From contig NC_092402.1 of assembly GCF_030028105.1 (NCBI RefSeq), positions 41,662,538 to 41,726,537 of the forward strand: 64,000 nt of DNA. Reading direction: 5' to 3'. Positions 1 through 12,913 of this stretch are shown piece after piece. The notes under the pieces are model-generated. The model was not told the origin of the DNA. It saw only the letters and a program-made list of their open reading frames with translations, and made no database searches. This DNA is from Mobula birostris (taxonomy: Eukaryota). The position numbers and the translations under genes are program-made. Numbering within the stretch: position 1 is the stretch's first letter; each line of letters opens with the position of its first letter.

Positions 1-299
1 CAAAAAAAAATCATTTGTAAGACATGACTTCTCCTGCACAAATCCATGTTGACCCTAATAAGTCTATACATTAACAATGTGAATCAATCCTATCCCTCAC
101 TCTTCAAGAATTTCCTTACACTGGCTCACTGGCATACAATTTCCTGGCATGTTAATGGGCTTCTAAAGTCCAACATCAAATTCAGCAGTTTTAGATAATC
201 AGCCTTCCCATCCTGGTATTTCATTACCAGCATTTAGATTTTTTTTCCATTCTTCTATCAAATGCTGAATTTATTTGTTTCCTTTTTGGCAGACCTGCC

Positions 300-640
300 T
301 TTTGTTATTCAGTCACTTTCAGCCACTACCCAAATATAGATTTTCCTGTTGGTTCTTTTATCCCCTCCTATCTTTCTTTGCAATTTAGAAACATTTTTTA
401 TTTCCTTTGGTAGAATGTTCCAAACAGTCAGTACCCTCTGGCTGAAGAAATTTTTTGTCTGTCCTAAATGCCTAATCCCATATTTTGGACTGACCCCTGT
501 TTCTGGACACTGGTTAAGTAAAACATTGTCTCTGTACCTGCTGTTGCAAGAGCCATAAGAATTTGTTAATTTCAGTGAGACCATTCTTGTTCATCTAAAA
601 TCCAGAGGCAAAAGACCCAGGCCTTTTTAAGTTCTCATCA
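300..640 (-). mobile_element. Old CR1-type LINE 3' fragment
   Basis: Minus-strand peptide KNFFSQRVLTVWNILP resembles the CR1 ORF2 C-terminus. Confidence 0.6.
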
Positions 641-1510
641 CAGGATAATTTTGCCACAGTCCTCCCAATTTCTATGTTTCACTTCCTCTTCCATAACCAA
701 ATCATTTTTGGGTAGGGAGACCAGATCTGTATATGTTATTTCAGACATGCTCTCTCCAGAGCTCTTCATAATTGTAGTAAGATGTCATTGCTTCTATGCA
801 TCAATTATGTTCAAGAAAGATCATCATGCTGATGGCTTCCTATTTGCTCGTTGAACCTTCTTGTTAGCCTTCACTGTCGTATACATGAGCACCCATGTCC
901 TTCTGAGAATCAATATCTTGGAATGTTTCAATTCCTATCACTTAAAAGAAATGTTTTCAGTTTTTCTGTGCAAGAGAGTATATTTTTTCACATTGTATTC
1001 CATCTTCTATAACCTCATCCATTCAATTACTCTGGCTACATACAACAAAGACCCTCTGCATTCTTTATGGAACCACACTGGTAACCAGCTTTGTTTTGGC
1101 AGCAGCTTAGCTATATTGCTCTTGAATTATTTCATCCAAATTTTTAATCTGCTGGGCCCCAGCACCAACCCAAGCCAGTATGTTTTCCACACTATTTCTT
1201 TAATTGTCTCATTTTATCTCTCCCTTTTAATAGACAGACATAATTGTTGAAAATAAGTTATTTTTCATATTTGCAGATGTTAAACTGTATTGATCACAAC
1301 CTGTGATTTATTGTTGGGTTTCTACAATCAAGTAGCATATTCTTTAGCAACAGATATATTTAGGCAAAATGATAAGCATGTTCAAAAAATTGTCTTTCAG
1401 CTTCTAGAATTTAGTGTTCATCTGTGTTCCAATTATAATGGTATGTAACCAGGTCAAAAGTTGCTCTTATACTTGGCATGCTGTTACTAGAAAATCTGTT
1501 ACACTTGTAG

Positions 1511-1666
1511 GTGTGAGAAATTAGCTGAGACAATATGGCAGAATCGTCAGCAGATCAGAAGAGCTGAACACCAACGACAGCAGCTTCCCATTCCAGGCCC
1601 AGTGGAGGAGTTGCTTACAGAGCTCAATGCAACAATTACAGATGTAATATCTGCACTAGTTACCAG
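1511..1666 (+). CDS. stat5: STAT5 coding exon, coiled-coil end ([20 protein letters not shown]...DVISALVT)
   Basis: AG/GT bounded, 156 nt, translation matches STAT5; upstream exons lie outside the window. Confidence 0.96.
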
Positions 1667-1904
1667 GTCAGTAATGTAACATACCGCATATTTAACATTT
1701 CGCTGCAAACAATGTGCAGTATTTCACTCTCGGAATCACAGTCACCTAATTTTCACACAGTAATGCTCAAGGGGAACCCATCTTGTAAAGGCACTGCCCA
1801 GAAGAAGGCAACGGCGAACCATTTCTATAGAAAATTTGCCAAGAACAATCATGGTCATGAGATAATGATTGCTTGCATCATACGACACGGCACATCATAA
1901 TGAT

Positions 1905-2290
1905 GAATGCTCGAGAGATCACATTGAAACCTATTGAATATTGAAAGACCTAGACCGAGTGCATGTGGAATGGGTGTTTCCTATGGGGGAGGAGTAGGGA
2001 GTCCAGTACCAGAGTGTACAGACTCAGGCTGGAAAGATGTGTCTTTAGAACAGAGATGAGGAATTTTAGAGGGTGGTGAATCTGTGGAATTCATTTCCAC
2101 AGACATCTTGTGGGGGCCAAGTCATTGGGTATAATTAAAGCGGAAGTTGGTATGATTAGTAAGGGTGTAAAAGGGTATGGGGAGAAGGCTGCAGAATAGA
2201 GTTGAGAAGGATAAATCAGCCATGATGGAATGGCAGAGCAGACTCGATGGGCCAAATGACCTAATTCTGCTTCTGTGTCTTCTGGTAAGA
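1905..2290 (+). mobile_element. CR1 LINE 3' fragment
   Basis: agagggtggtgaatctgtggaattc and the typical gatgggccaaatgacctaattctgct 3' end. Confidence 0.75.
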
Positions 2291-2648
2291 CTGGATATAA
2301 AATACAATTTTTCAATCAAATTTCCATTTCATTCCAAATCCTAATAAAAACATTTTAATGGAACACACTTTGCCCTTGGAAACTCTCAATAATGTAAGCT
2401 ATTTCATCACCAGAAATTGTACGACTATAGAGAAACGGCAGGGGAGTGGAAATATTCTTGCACAGAACCAGCATGGTCACAGCAGGCTAACTAGCAGCCT
2501 CTTGTGCTATAACTTTTCTGTGGTTGTGTAAAAATTGCAAGGAGATGTGTTTTTGGAGATTAAAAGCTATTTTATAATGTTTAATTTGTCATAAGCTTAT
2601 TGAAGTAGAACACATTGTACAAAGTAGTTATTCATTTGTTTTATACAG

Positions 2649-2828
2649 CACCTTTATTATCGAGAAACAACCCCCTCAGGTTTTGAAGACTCAGACAAAG
2701 TTTGCAGCCACTGTACGTTTGTTAGTTGGTGGAAAGCTGAACGTACACATGAACCCACCCCAAGTAAAAGCAACTATTATCAGTGAACAGCAAGCAAAGG
2801 CACTTCTGAAAAATGAAAATACAAGAAA
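2649..2828 (+). CDS. stat5: STAT5 exon, DNA-binding domain start ([39 protein letters not shown]...ENTR)
   Basis: tacag/gtaag boundaries, 180 nt, phase consistent with flanking exons. Confidence 0.97.
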
Positions 2829-3019
2829 GTAAGTACCTCATCCATGAAATTCAGAAATCAGTTTATCTATTCAGTGTACATTCCATTCAGTTCTATTTTA
2901 CTATATCTCAGTTGTTCTGTTCTCCCACTAAGTTATCCTGCTCATTGCTTGCATAACTTAATGTTTCTCTGCAAAGAATTTTATCTGCCCTTCATTCTGC
3001 AATGTTTCTCCCAATTAGA

Positions 3020-3212
3020 GACACACAAGACTGCAGATGCTGAATTTGGGAGCGAGAATTGTTCTGCTGGAGGAACTCAGTGGGTGAAGCAGCATCTGTA
3101 GAGCAAAGGGATGGTTGATGTTTCAGGTCAAGACCATTTCAACCTGAAATGTCAACCATCCCTTTGCTCTACAGATGCTGCCTGTACCGCTGGGTTTCTC
3201 CAACAGATTATT
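3020..3212. mobile_element. Penelope pLTR-derived fold-back element (40-bp arms 3089-3128 and 3142-3181)
   Basis: Inverted arms differ at one decayed CpG; same family as 21143-21357. Confidence 0.7.
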
Positions 3213-3221
3213 TTCCTACTA

Positions 3222-5055
3222 GTTATAGAACAGTACAGCACAGTACAGGCCCTTCGGCCCACAATGTGTTCCGACCCTTAAACCCTGCCTCCCATATACC
3301 CCCCCCCACCTTAAATTCCTCCATATACCTGTCTAGTAGTCTCTTAAATTTCACTAGTGTATCTGCCTCCACCACTCACTCAGGCAGTGTGTTCCACGCA
3401 CCAACTACTCTCCGAGTAAAAAATTTCCCTCTAATATCCCCCTTGAACTTCCCTCCCCTTACCTTAAAGCCATGTCCTCTTGTACTGAGCAGTGGTGCCC
3501 TGGGGAAGAGGCGCTGGCTATCCACTCTATCTATTTCTCTTAATATCTTGTACGCCTCTATCGTGTCTCCTCCCATCATCTTCCTCTCCAAAGAGTAAAG
3601 CCCTAGCTCCCTTAATCTCTGATCATAATGCATACTCTCTAAACCAGGCAGCATCCTGGTAAATCTCCTCTGTACCCTTTCCAATGCTTCCACATCCTTC
3701 CTATAGTGAGGTGACCAGAACTGGACACAGTACTCCAAGTGTGGCCTAACCAGAGTTTTATAGAGCTGCATCATTACATCGCGACTCTTAAACTCTATCC
3801 CTCGACTTATGAAAGCTAACACCCCATAAGCTTTCTTAACTACCCTATCCACCTGTGAGGCAACTCTCAGGGATCTGTGGACATGTTCCCCCAGATCCCT
3901 CTGCTCCTCCACACTACCAAGTGTCTTGCCATTTAAGTTGTACTCTGCCTTGGAGTTTGTCCTTCCAAAGTGTACCACCTCACACTTCTCCGGGTTGAAC
4001 TCCATCTGCCACTTCTCAGCCCACTTCTGCATCCTATCAATGTCTCTCTGCAATCTTCGACAATCCTCTACAATATCCACACCACCACCAACCTTTGTGT
4101 CGTCTGCAAACTTGCCAACCCACCCTTCTACCCCCACATCCAGGTCGTTAATAAAAATCACGAAAAGTAGAGGTCCCAGAACAGATCCTTGTGGGACACC
4201 ACTAGTCACATCCCTCCAACCCGAATGTACTCTCTCCACCATAACCCTCTGCTTTCTGTAGGCGAGCCAATTCTGAATCCACCTGGCCGAACTTCCCTGG
4301 ATCCCATGCCTTCTGACTTTCTGAATAAGCCGACCGTGTGGAACCTTGTTAAGTGCCTTACTAAAATCCATGTAGATCACATCCACGGCACTACCCTCAT
4401 GTATATGCCTGGTCACCTCCTCAAAGAACTCTATCAGGCTTGTTAGACACGATCTGCCCTTCACAAAGCCATGCTGACTGTCCCTGATCAGGCCATGATT
4501 CTCTAAATGCCCATAGATCCTATCTCTAAGAATCTTTTCCAACAGCTTTCCCACCACAGACCTATGGCTCACTGGGCTATAATTATCCGGACTATCCCTA
4601 CTACCTTTTTTGAACAAGGGGACAACATTCGCCTCCCTCCAATCCTCCGGTACCATTCCCGTGGACAACGAGGACATAAAGATCCTAGCCAGAGGCTCAG
4701 CAAACTCTTCCCTCGCCTCGTGGAGCAGCCTGGGGAATATTCCCGTCAGGCCCCGGGGACTTATTTGTCCTAATGTATTTTAACAACTCCAACACCTCCT
4801 CTCCCTTAATATCAACGTGCTCCAGAACATCAACCTCACTCATATTGTCCTCACCTTCATCAAGTTCCCTCTCATTGGTGAATACCGAAGAGAAGTATTC
4901 ATTGAGGGCCTCGCTCATTCCCACAGCCTCCAGACACATCTTCCCACCTTTATCTCTAATTGGTCCTACCTTCACTCCTGTCATCATTTTGTTCTTCACA
5001 TAATTGAAGAATGCCTTGGGGTTTTTCTTTACCCTACTCGCCAAAGCCTTCTCAT
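3222..5055 (-). mobile_element. Young 5'-truncated CR1 LINE (RT domain, ORF 3376-4677)
   Basis: QHGF, GVPQGSVLGP, FADDTK and LEYCVQFW motifs; 433-aa open frame; intact 3' UTR. Confidence 0.95.
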
Positions 5056-5752
5056 TTACTCAGATCTCTAAATATCTGAAACCATTTTCACATTCTTTAG
5101 TAATGGCATATCCCTGTGCAGCTTAAAAAATGTGAATTTACTCTTTCTAATATTTTTCCTTCCTTCCTTAGTCTAAGCAGTGATGTCCCCATTGTTAAAG
5201 TAATGTTTTATTTTGAGTACACGTATAATATTCATTGTGCCTGTATTAAGATTTTTTAATTATGCATTGACATTTTAACGAAATGCGTCCATTCTGAATG
5301 TATATTACTTGTACCTAATTTAGGCTAAGCCTGGTATTGTAGAATCCAGAATTTTTCCCACAATAGAGGAACATTAATTTACTGTTTTGTTTTGCTTAGC
5401 CTCATTTAGAAACTTAAGAAATTCATTATCTTCAAAGTCGAGTTTATTGTCATATGCACAAGTTACTCAAATGCACGGGTGCAATGAAAAGCTTGCAGCA
5501 GCTTCACAGGCAAAAAGCATTATCTAAGCAGCATTCAAAAGAAGAGCAAGTTAAATTTAAACAATTTTTACAAGAAGGAATACAATTAGAGCTAAAGAAA
5601 ACACTGTCCATACTGGTCAAAGTGCTTATGATATTGCTTAGCTCTAGTAATTAGGGTTGTGCCAGATGGTTCAAGAGGTTGAAAGGAAGTAGCTGTTTTT
5701 GAAACTGGTGACGTGCCACTAGTAATCCCTTACCATAGTCCAATATTTCATG

Positions 5753-7305
5753 TACAGTACTGTGCAAAAGTCTTAGGCATCATAGAGTTTATGTATAAAT
5801 TTTGTTTTAGATGTCTATGGTCTTGTGCATTAGTGTGTCAGTGGAAAAGAGCAAATTTTAGATTTTCAGACATGTAATTTCTAAAAAAAAATGTTAGAAA
5901 ATATTTGTATTTCATCAAAGAAAGTAACATTAATTAATAGACCACTTTTCAAATAAAAACTTGATTACTTTGTTGGTGTAGTTCAGTGCGTAATTAAACA
6001 CAGGTAACATACAGGTGCTAATGATCAATGACATGATGAGTAGAATTAACTGAACTGACATGGATTGAGAACAAATCAAACTGGGTGAAGGATAACTGAA
6101 GTAAAAGGTGAGGGTGTGGCAGATATGACAGCTTAACCTTCAAATCATCCAATTCTGACACCATGGCAAGGGTGAGCATAGCAACGAGACACAAGATAGT
6201 TATCAGCAAGGCCTCTCCCAAGCAGAAATTTTGCAGCAGACTGGAACTTTAAGGTGTGCTATCCAAGCTCTTCTGAAGAAGCACGAAGAAATGGGCAAGG
6301 TTGAGGACCAGAAACACAGTGGTCGGTCACGGATATTGCGTGCAGCAGATGGGAGATTCAGTACATCGAGCTGACATCTTTCTAAATCAGAAAAGGTCCA
6401 GCACTGCTACCAGCTCTGAACTCACAGAAACCACTGGAACCCAAGTATATCCCTCTATGTTCTGGAGAAGTCTTGTCAGAAGTGGCCTTCATATAAGAGT
6501 TGCTGCAAAAAAACTATTCCTCCAAAATGGAAACAAGTCAAGAGACTCACGTACGCACAAAAACACAAAGTCTGGGGTGCTGAACATTGGCTTCAAGTGC
6601 TCTGGACGAGGAGTCAAAATATGAAATTTTGGCTCAAACAGGAGGCAGTTTGTATGTAGAAGAACTGGAGAGCGCTACATGGATGAGTACCTGCTACCAA
6701 CAGTAAAGCACGGCAGAGATTCCCTACAGGTTTGGGGCTGCAAATGGAGTTGGTGAACTGGTCAGAATTAATGGAATCCTCAATGCTAACAAGTACAAGC
6801 CGATCCTTATCCATCACAGAATACCATCAGGGAGGCCTATGATTGGTCCTAACATCCTGCAGCAGTACAATGACCCCAAGCACAAGGTCAAGGTCATAAA
6901 GAACTATCTGCAGCGAAAAGAAAAGAAGAACAAAGGGTTCTGCAACAGATGGTATGGCCCCCATAGAGCCCTGATCTCAACATCCACGCTGTGTGGGATT
7001 ACCTGGAGAGACAGAGGCAAGCGAGAATGCCAAAGTCTGCAGAACTGTGGCAAATTCTCCAAGATGCTTGGAACAACCTACTAGACAGTTTTCTTATAAA
7101 AGTGCATGATGGTGTACCTAAGAGAATTGATGCAGTTTTAAGGGCAAAGGGTAGTCGCACCAAATATTGATTTGATTTAGTTTATTTACTGCTTACTGCT
7201 CTTTATTGTAAATTTTTTGATACTTTAGAAATTTTTCATTTTTTTAAGCATCTTTGCTTTACTGGATTATTTTACATGTGCCTAAGACTTTTGCACAGTG
7301 CTTTA
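5753..7305 (+). mobile_element. Tc1-like DNA transposon, decayed transposase
   Basis: TIRs cagtactgtgcaaaagtcttaggca / tgcctaagacttttgcacagtgct with TA ends; QQYNDPKH motif in ORF track and WPP-SPDLN-like coding nearby. Confidence 0.92.
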
Positions 7306-8361
7306 TAAGCTGAGTGAATATTTTATATTTTAATCCCATCAAATAATTTTAATTTTTCTTTTGAATTTTGAACATCTGGAATTTTCATAATCTGCAGTTT
7401 CACCTTTGTGATATTTTAAAACAAGTACACCATGGAGGAATCTGTATTAAACATCTCTTTGCTTAAAGTTATGTCCTTCCTACTCCCTCACTAATTTGTC
7501 TTTTGTAACTCCTTTTTCTATGGATTGCACTAATTATTTTTGACTCTCCAAATATTCTCTGATTAACTTGGAGTCATGAGCGATACCGTATACATATGGG
7601 CACTTTGGTCCAACCAGTTCACTAATCAGTGCCCACTCAGCTATTCCCAGTTTCCTGCATTTGGCCCATGTCCCTTTAAACCTCATGCCTCGATGTACCT
7701 ATCCAAGTACTGTACATGATATTTCTGATTTGTTCCTCTGTTCCTCCTAAATCTAAAATTTCTCATTTGTAACTTCCTAAAACATTTTTCTTCATCCCTT
7801 CTGTCAATGTGTGTCCTGCTTAAACTTGCCACTTGGTTGCCATCAGAGGGAACAGTACATTTTGTGGATGGGAGGAGTGAGGGTTTGTGATGCAGGCTGT
7901 TATCATTGATATGGGGTGGATATTTAGGTTCTATGATGAGACAGACTCTGCTAGGGAGAAAATCTTTAAAAATTAGAAATGTGAAACTAGTAACCTGGAT
8001 TACTGCAGTGCTCTGCACCATCTGGAGTAGAAATGAAGATGATCAATGTGCAGCTTGAGGCATCATGCAGGGTTCGGGGCTTCAACTTCATGGGGTATTG
8101 TGACTGGCTCTGAGACAGAAGGCATCTGTTCAAAAAGGAAAGGCTGAAACATGACAGGGATCTATGTATTCGAGGACAGATTCACTTATGATATGGGAGG
8201 ATTTTAACTAAGGGTATGGATGCTAGCACATGGAAGTGGAAGAGAGCAGTACATAAGGGAGGGTGTGTGTTGAGAAAAGCTAGAGAAGGAAACACAAGTA
8301 TGCTAGTAAGGACCACGAGGAATACCAGCACTGAATATTTACCCACTTGTGTTTCTGGCAG

Positions 8362-8449
8362 TGACAGCAGTGGTGAAATATTAAATAACTGTTGTGTTAT
8401 GGAGTACCATCAAGCAACAGGAACCTTAAGTGCCAACTTTAGAAATATG
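8362..8449 (+). CDS. stat5: STAT5 exon ([29 protein letters not shown])
   Basis: cag/gtaag boundaries, 88 nt, STAT5 DNA-binding domain peptide. Confidence 0.96.
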
Positions 8450-8559
8450 GTAAGCAAAAATCTTTAGTACAACATTTGGTATCCCTACTACAGTACAGTT
8501 GATTTGGGACCAGTTATTTCCTTTATCCCATTATTATTCTCCTCATATTCTATCAACTT

Positions 8560-8750
8560 GCTTGTCACTAGCCTGCACACACCGAGACAAAATTACTGTG
8601 GCCAATTAACCTACCAACCTACTTGTCTTTGAGGTGTGTGTGTGGGGTGGGGGGAGGTGGGGGGGAAGTAAAACACCTGAGGGAGAATGTTCAAACTATG
8701 CTCAGAGAGCACCTGAAATCTCTGGCATTGTTAGGCAGTGGCTGTACACT
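8560..8750 (-). mobile_element. Degenerate V-SINE (HE1-like) fragment
   Basis: ccaattaacctaccaacc...gtctttgaggtgtg matches other SINE copies in the window. Confidence 0.5.
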
Positions 8751-9114
8751 AGAAAAAGATCTGAGCAGTATCATTTGAAATGTCATGATCACTTCATAAC
8801 TTTTGTTTATTCATGGTGCTTGTATGTTGTTGCTGCTGCCAGAGTCTATTGTTCGCCTCCAGTTTCCACTAAACTAAGGTGGCAGTTAAGATTCAACCAC
8901 ATTAGTGATTTTACAATCAGAAATAGGGCGCACTCCATTAGAATGGAACAGATGAGTGTTTCTGGTAATCTGATAGCTTCGTAGTTGCTAATTTAATTCA
9001 AAGGATTCAAAGTACATTTATTATCAAAGTATATATGCAGTATATAACCCTGAGATTCATAATCTCCAGACAGCCACAAAACAAAGAAAACCATGGAACT
9101 TGTTCAAAGAAAAA

Positions 9115-9365
9115 TATCAACCCTCTCCCTCAGCACAAAAAAAACAAATTGCGCAAACAGCAACAGAACATCAACCCCTGCGCAAAAAAAACATGCAAAC
9201 GGCAACAAGAACATCAATCCCCTACGCAAAAAAAGCAAATCGCGCAAACAGCAACAAGAATATCAACCTCCCCATGTGCAAAAAACAAGTCGCGCAAAAG
9301 GCAACAAGAACATCAGAAATCCCCCCAAGTGCAAAAACAAAATCGCGCAAATGGCAACAAGAAAG
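9115..9365 (+). repeat. Minisatellite, ~5 units of 45-55 bp (caaaaaaa..aatcgcgcaaacagcaacaagaacatcaacccc), within a retroposon tail
   Basis: Units directly visible; preceded by a tcaaagtacatttattatcaaagta LINE/SINE-tail motif. Confidence 0.85.
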
Positions 9366-10016
9366 AATGAGCGAAAGCACAGATAATAAAACACAAAATT
9401 GAAAGAGTCCATATTCAGTTAACTCAGTATTCATTAGTCCAATCCACAAAAAGCAGACCCAGAGCCTTGGTGCCATCTTTCGACAGAATCAAGGGAGGGA
9501 GAGGCCACTCGAACGCAGGGACCTTCCCTCAGGAGCAGCAAGTGAAAGGCTAGTAGATGGCGCTGCACACTAGCTCACCTTCCATACTTGCCTCAATGTT
9601 TTAATTTTCCTCTGCTTTAATCGGTGAGATCTGCGAGTAATGGTCTATAAGCTGCTTGGCTCAAGAATGTCACCTGCAGTAGCATTGTTCGCTCATGCCA
9701 TCTTCCGGAGGCTTACTCTCCATATTTGAATTGAATTAAAATTTCCCAGCTGCTGTGATTGGATTTGAACTTGCATCTTTGCATGTACAGTCCATTATGT
9801 TAACTACAAAGCCACTTCAATGTGCGGTGTAGTGGGAGAAACAATATGGGGTATATGGGAGATGTGTGTTTATTTGTCAATATTTTTGGGAGCCCAGGGT
9901 GGGTCAAATGCAAAGATCCATATTTTTATAAACAAAATGTAAATGAAGTTTCTGTGTTTCATAAATTCTGATAGTGTTGCACAATCTTGATGCCACTTTA
10001 TTTTTGATTGTTTTAG

Positions 10017-10202
<186 letters not shown>

Positions 10203-10220
10203 TAATTAATGTCCAAATAA

Positions 10221-10388
<168 letters not shown>

Positions 10389-10974
10389 TAAAATTTGCAG
10401 TAAATATAGATCAATGTGTGTGAACACATCAGTAATCATCAATTTAGGTAGTGTCTGAACACTAAAGAAAAAATTAATAAATCTGTGAGAATTGGGTTTT
10501 ACAGTTACATAATCTGGATTTTTTTACTTGCCAAGTTCTCAGATCTTCATCTCTAAAGTTACCTTGAGATGTTGCAGATAGAAAACCTATAAAATAATTA
10601 AGGAGGATACTTGTATTCAAAGCAAACAGTCTTCTAATTTTTAGAACAAAATAATCCTCCTTGATTTTTTTTGTACTGACCAGAAAAGATTTCTGGGCAT
10701 CTGTGCTGCTCATCAAATTATATAATAAGACTGTATACAGATTTTCCAGGCTATAATCCTCTTTTGAGACATTTGGCTCAAGAGCAACTTCCAACGTATA
10801 TAGTGTATAACCAGATTGGCTTTGTATCAAATCCCTCTCCCAAGTTGTCATTTTAGAAACAAACTTTGTGTTGAATTCATGAATCTTAATTAGATTTTTA
10901 AAAATTGTATAAGATCAATGTGAAAATGCTGAAGAGGTTTTACTTCTCTCTCATTAGAAACCATTAGGATAGCA

Positions 10975-12472
10975 ATAAAACATTAGGATAGATAAATCCC
11001 CAGGACCCAACAGAATCGACCCCAGGATACTTTGGAAAACAAGGGAAGAGATTGCTGTGCCTTTGGTGATGACCGTTATGGCCATCTGGCCACAGAAGTA
11101 GTACCAGATGATTGGAAGGTGGCAAATGTTATTCCTTTGTTCAAGAAAGGGATTAGGGATAACCCTGCGAATGATAGACCAGTGAGTCTTAATTCAGTGT
11201 TTGGCAAATTATTGTAGATTCTTAGAGGCAGGATTTATGAGTATTTGGAGAAGCATAGTCAGATTTGGAATAGTCAGCATAGCTTTGTGAAGGGTGAGTC
11301 ATGTCTCACAAGCCTGATTGAATCCTTTGAGAATGTAACAAAGTACATTGGAGCTAGAACAGTGGATTTGGTGTTTATGGATTTTAGTAAGATGTTTGAT
11401 AAGGTTCCCCATGGTAGGCTCATTCAGAAAGTCAGGAGAAACTTTGCTGTGTGGACATAGAATTGGCTTACTGATAGAAGGTTGAGGGTCATTGTAGATG
11501 GAGCATGTTCTGGCTAGAGGTTGGTGACCAGAGGTATTCCACAGGAATTTTGTAAATTACTTGGATGAGGAACTGGAAGAGTGGATTAGAAAGTTTGCAA
11601 TTAACATGAACGTTGGTAGAGTTGTGGACAGTGTAGAAGGTTGTCGTAGGTTAAAGTAGGACATTGATAGTTTGCAGAGCTGGGTTGAAAAGTGGCAGAC
11701 ACTGGCGTTTAACCTGGAGAAGTGTGAAGTGATTCACTTTAGAAGGTCCAATTTGAAGACAATGCAGCGTTAAGATTCTTAGTAGTGTGGAGGAACAAGG
11801 GTATCTTGGTGTACACATCTATAGATCCCTCGAAGTTGATGTGCAAGTTGATAGAGTGGTTTAAGAAGGCACATGGTGTGTTGGCCTTCATTGGTCGGGG
11901 GGGTTGAGTACAAGAGCCACAAGGAGATGTTGCAGCTCTATAAAAGTCTGGTTAGACCACACTTGGAATATTGTTCTGCTGTGGTCGTCTCATTACAGGA
12001 AGGTTGTGGAATCTTTAGAAGGGGTGCAGAGGAGATTTAGCAGGATGCTGCCTGGATTAGAGAACATGTCTTTAGAGACAGGTTGAGCGAGCTAGGGCTT
12101 TTCTCTTTGGAACGAAAGAGGTTGAAAGATGACTTGCAAGAGGTGTACAAGTTGATAAGAGACATAGATCAAGTGGGCAGCCATAGACCTTTTTCCAAGT
12201 CTGAAATGGCATAATTTCAAGGTGATTGGAGCGAAGTATAGAGGGGGATGTCAGAGGTAGGTTCTTTACATGGAGAGTGGTGAGTACGTGGAACATCCTA
12301 CCAGGGTTGATGGTAAAGGCAGATAGATTAGGGGCATCTAAGAAAATTTTAGACAGACACACAGATGATAGAAAAATGGAGGGCTATGTAGGAGGGAAGG
12401 GTTAGATTGATCTTAAAAAAGGTTAAAAGGTCAAAATAACACTGTGGGCCAAAGAACCTGTTCTATGTTCTA
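10975..12472 (+). mobile_element. Decayed CR1 LINE (RT to 3' UTR)
   Basis: Fragmented peptides VPDDWKVANVIPLFKKG, QHSFVKG, DFSKMFDKVPH; tgttctatgttcta tail. Confidence 0.92.
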
Positions 12473-12706
12473 AATAACACAGGACCTCAGATGTTCGATT
12501 CTTTTCAAGTTTAACTGCAAATAAGATGACTAATTTATCTTACCTGGTTTAGTTAAATTAGTCATTAAATTGCTTGATTGTTTTTTTTACTCTGTAAATA
12601 CTTATTTAGAACATGCTTATCATTGAATGGCTGGAATGTATTTGTGTTAAAATGGAAGTCTTATATCAGTAAAATGTTCATACTGGTTTCCTATTTGCAT
12701 CTTCAG

Positions 12707-12913
12707 GGTAGAGTCCCATTTGTAGTCCCTGATAAGGTACTGTGGCCACAGTTATGTGAGGCTCTCAATATGAAATTCAAAGCAGAGGTTCAGAGCAACA
12801 GAGGATTATCGGAAGAAAATCTTGTTTTCCTAGCTCAGAAAGCATTCAGCAGTTCAGCTATTCATCCAGAAGATTACAGTAATATGACTATCTCCTGGTC
12901 TCAATTTAATAGG
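12707..12913 (+). CDS. stat5: STAT5 exon, linker domain ([24 protein letters not shown]...SWSQFNR)
   Basis: cag/gtaag boundaries, 207 nt. Confidence 0.97.

Noticed and set aside
5172-5199. Possible STAT5 microexon (polypyrimidine tract, AG ... GTAATG)
   Set aside because: Candidate lengths of 28, 22 or 19 nt break the frame, and the flanking exons already join in phase
9115-9365. CRISPR-like repeat array
   Set aside because: Head-to-tail diverged units without unique spacers, in a eukaryotic intron, with no cas genes
9035-9476. Four overlapping K/Q/N-rich ORFs
   Set aside because: Artefact of a T-poor minisatellite lacking stop codons
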